This document shows positions 63,176-64,000 of a DNA stretch of 64,000 nucleotides, piece by piece. Source of the stretch: Alphaproteobacteria bacterium (lineage in GTDB: Bacteria; Pseudomonadota; Alphaproteobacteria; SHVV01); assembly GCA_965261735.1 (NCBI GenBank), contig OZ253470.1, positions 3,936,001 to 4,000,000 of the forward strand, given 5' to 3'. The notes beneath the pieces are model-generated. The model saw nothing but the letters and a program-made list of their open reading frames with translations. It was not told where the DNA came from and did not search any database. Each line of letters starts with the position of its first letter. Within the stretch, counting starts at the first letter, position 1. The position numbers and the translations under genes were made by a program.

Positions 63176-64000
63176 TAGTGGATTGATCGGAACGAAAGAG
63201 TCCGATTTGAGATTCCGTATTGTGCGGTGTCATGCGAGTCTGTGCTATGCGCACCGGCATCCATTTTACTGTCACGTCTGGCGACCGTCAGCGATTGCAA
63301 GCTATCGTCGCGGACCCGAAGAGCTCGCAGAAACATGTCTGGCGGGCGCGGATCATCCTGAAGAGCGACGAGGGGCTCGGGAACTCGTCGATCATGGCCG
63401 AGACCGGCAAGTCCAAGACCTGTGTCTGGCGCTGGCAGGAGCGGTTCATGCACGAGGGTGTCAACGGCTTGCTTCGCGACAGGTCCCGTCCGCCTGGCAA
63501 AGCGCCGATCCCGCCGGAGCGCGTCGCCGAGATCGTCCGCCTGACCCAGCAAGCGCCGCCGCACGAGGCGACCCACTGGACGCTGCGCGCGATGGCGAAG
63601 GTTGCTGGCGTCGCGGCGTCGACGGTCCAAGCGATCTGGAAGGCCCATGGCCTCAGCCCGCACCGCTGGCGGCACTTCAAGCTCTCCAATGATCCCGCCT
63701 TCGCCGAGAAGCTCACAGATATCGTCGGCTTGTATGTCGATCCGCCGGCCCATGCCGTGGTGCTGTCGGTTGATGAGAAATCACAGATCCAGGCGCTCGA
63801 CCGCACCCAACCCGGCTTGCCGATGAAGAAGGGCCGCGCCGGTACGATGACCTATGATTACAAACGGCATGGCACGACGACGCTGTTCGCCGCGCTCAAC
63901 GTGCTGGACGGTACGGTCATCGCACAGAACATGCAGCGCCACCGCCATCAGGAGTTCATCCGCTTCCTCAACCGCATCGAGCGCGAGGTGCCGACGGACA
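63176..64000 (+). mobile_element. IS630-family element, second copy, truncated by window edge; transposase starts at 63247
   Basis: CTAGTGGATTGATCGG end; matches the reverse complement of 24158-24076 joined to 22672 and below wherever compared. Confidence 0.93.

Noticed and set aside
62166-63275. N-terminally extended ketopantoate reductase (likewise the 24008 start for the oxygenase)
   Set aside because: The extensions are read from IS ends; the same peptide PVRIAQTRMTPHNTESQIGLFRSDQSTS appears at both IS630 copies.

Overview
High-GC alphaproteobacterial (Rhodospirillales-like) chromosomal window. A conserved backbone (thiL, hppA, bamE, DUF177-rpmF-plsX-fabH-ihfA-merR-tRNA-Pro, metY, rplM-rpsI-argC, aminotransferase-hom-glpX-recJ-tRNA-Glu) is interrupted by accessory segments. 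These include an IS1595 beside an orphan short tape-measure-like gene, a broken type I secretion locus capped by an IS630 carrying a nested IS256, a scrambled CHASE3 chemoreceptor, catabolic and ABC transport genes, and a second IS630 copy running off the right edge. The best candidate for an undescribed system is 51951-56543. It holds two paralogous exported proteins built from Cys-rich CNPC/NPC repeats (one standalone and precursor-like, one fused to a cytochrome P460-type domain), followed by a His-rich protein of unknown function, with divergent FGE-sulfatase-domain and YeeE/YedE genes that are both frameshifted here. Several short inversions, duplications and frameshifts could be real decay or amplification/assembly artefacts. 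All calls are from motif recognition by eye; no database search was run.
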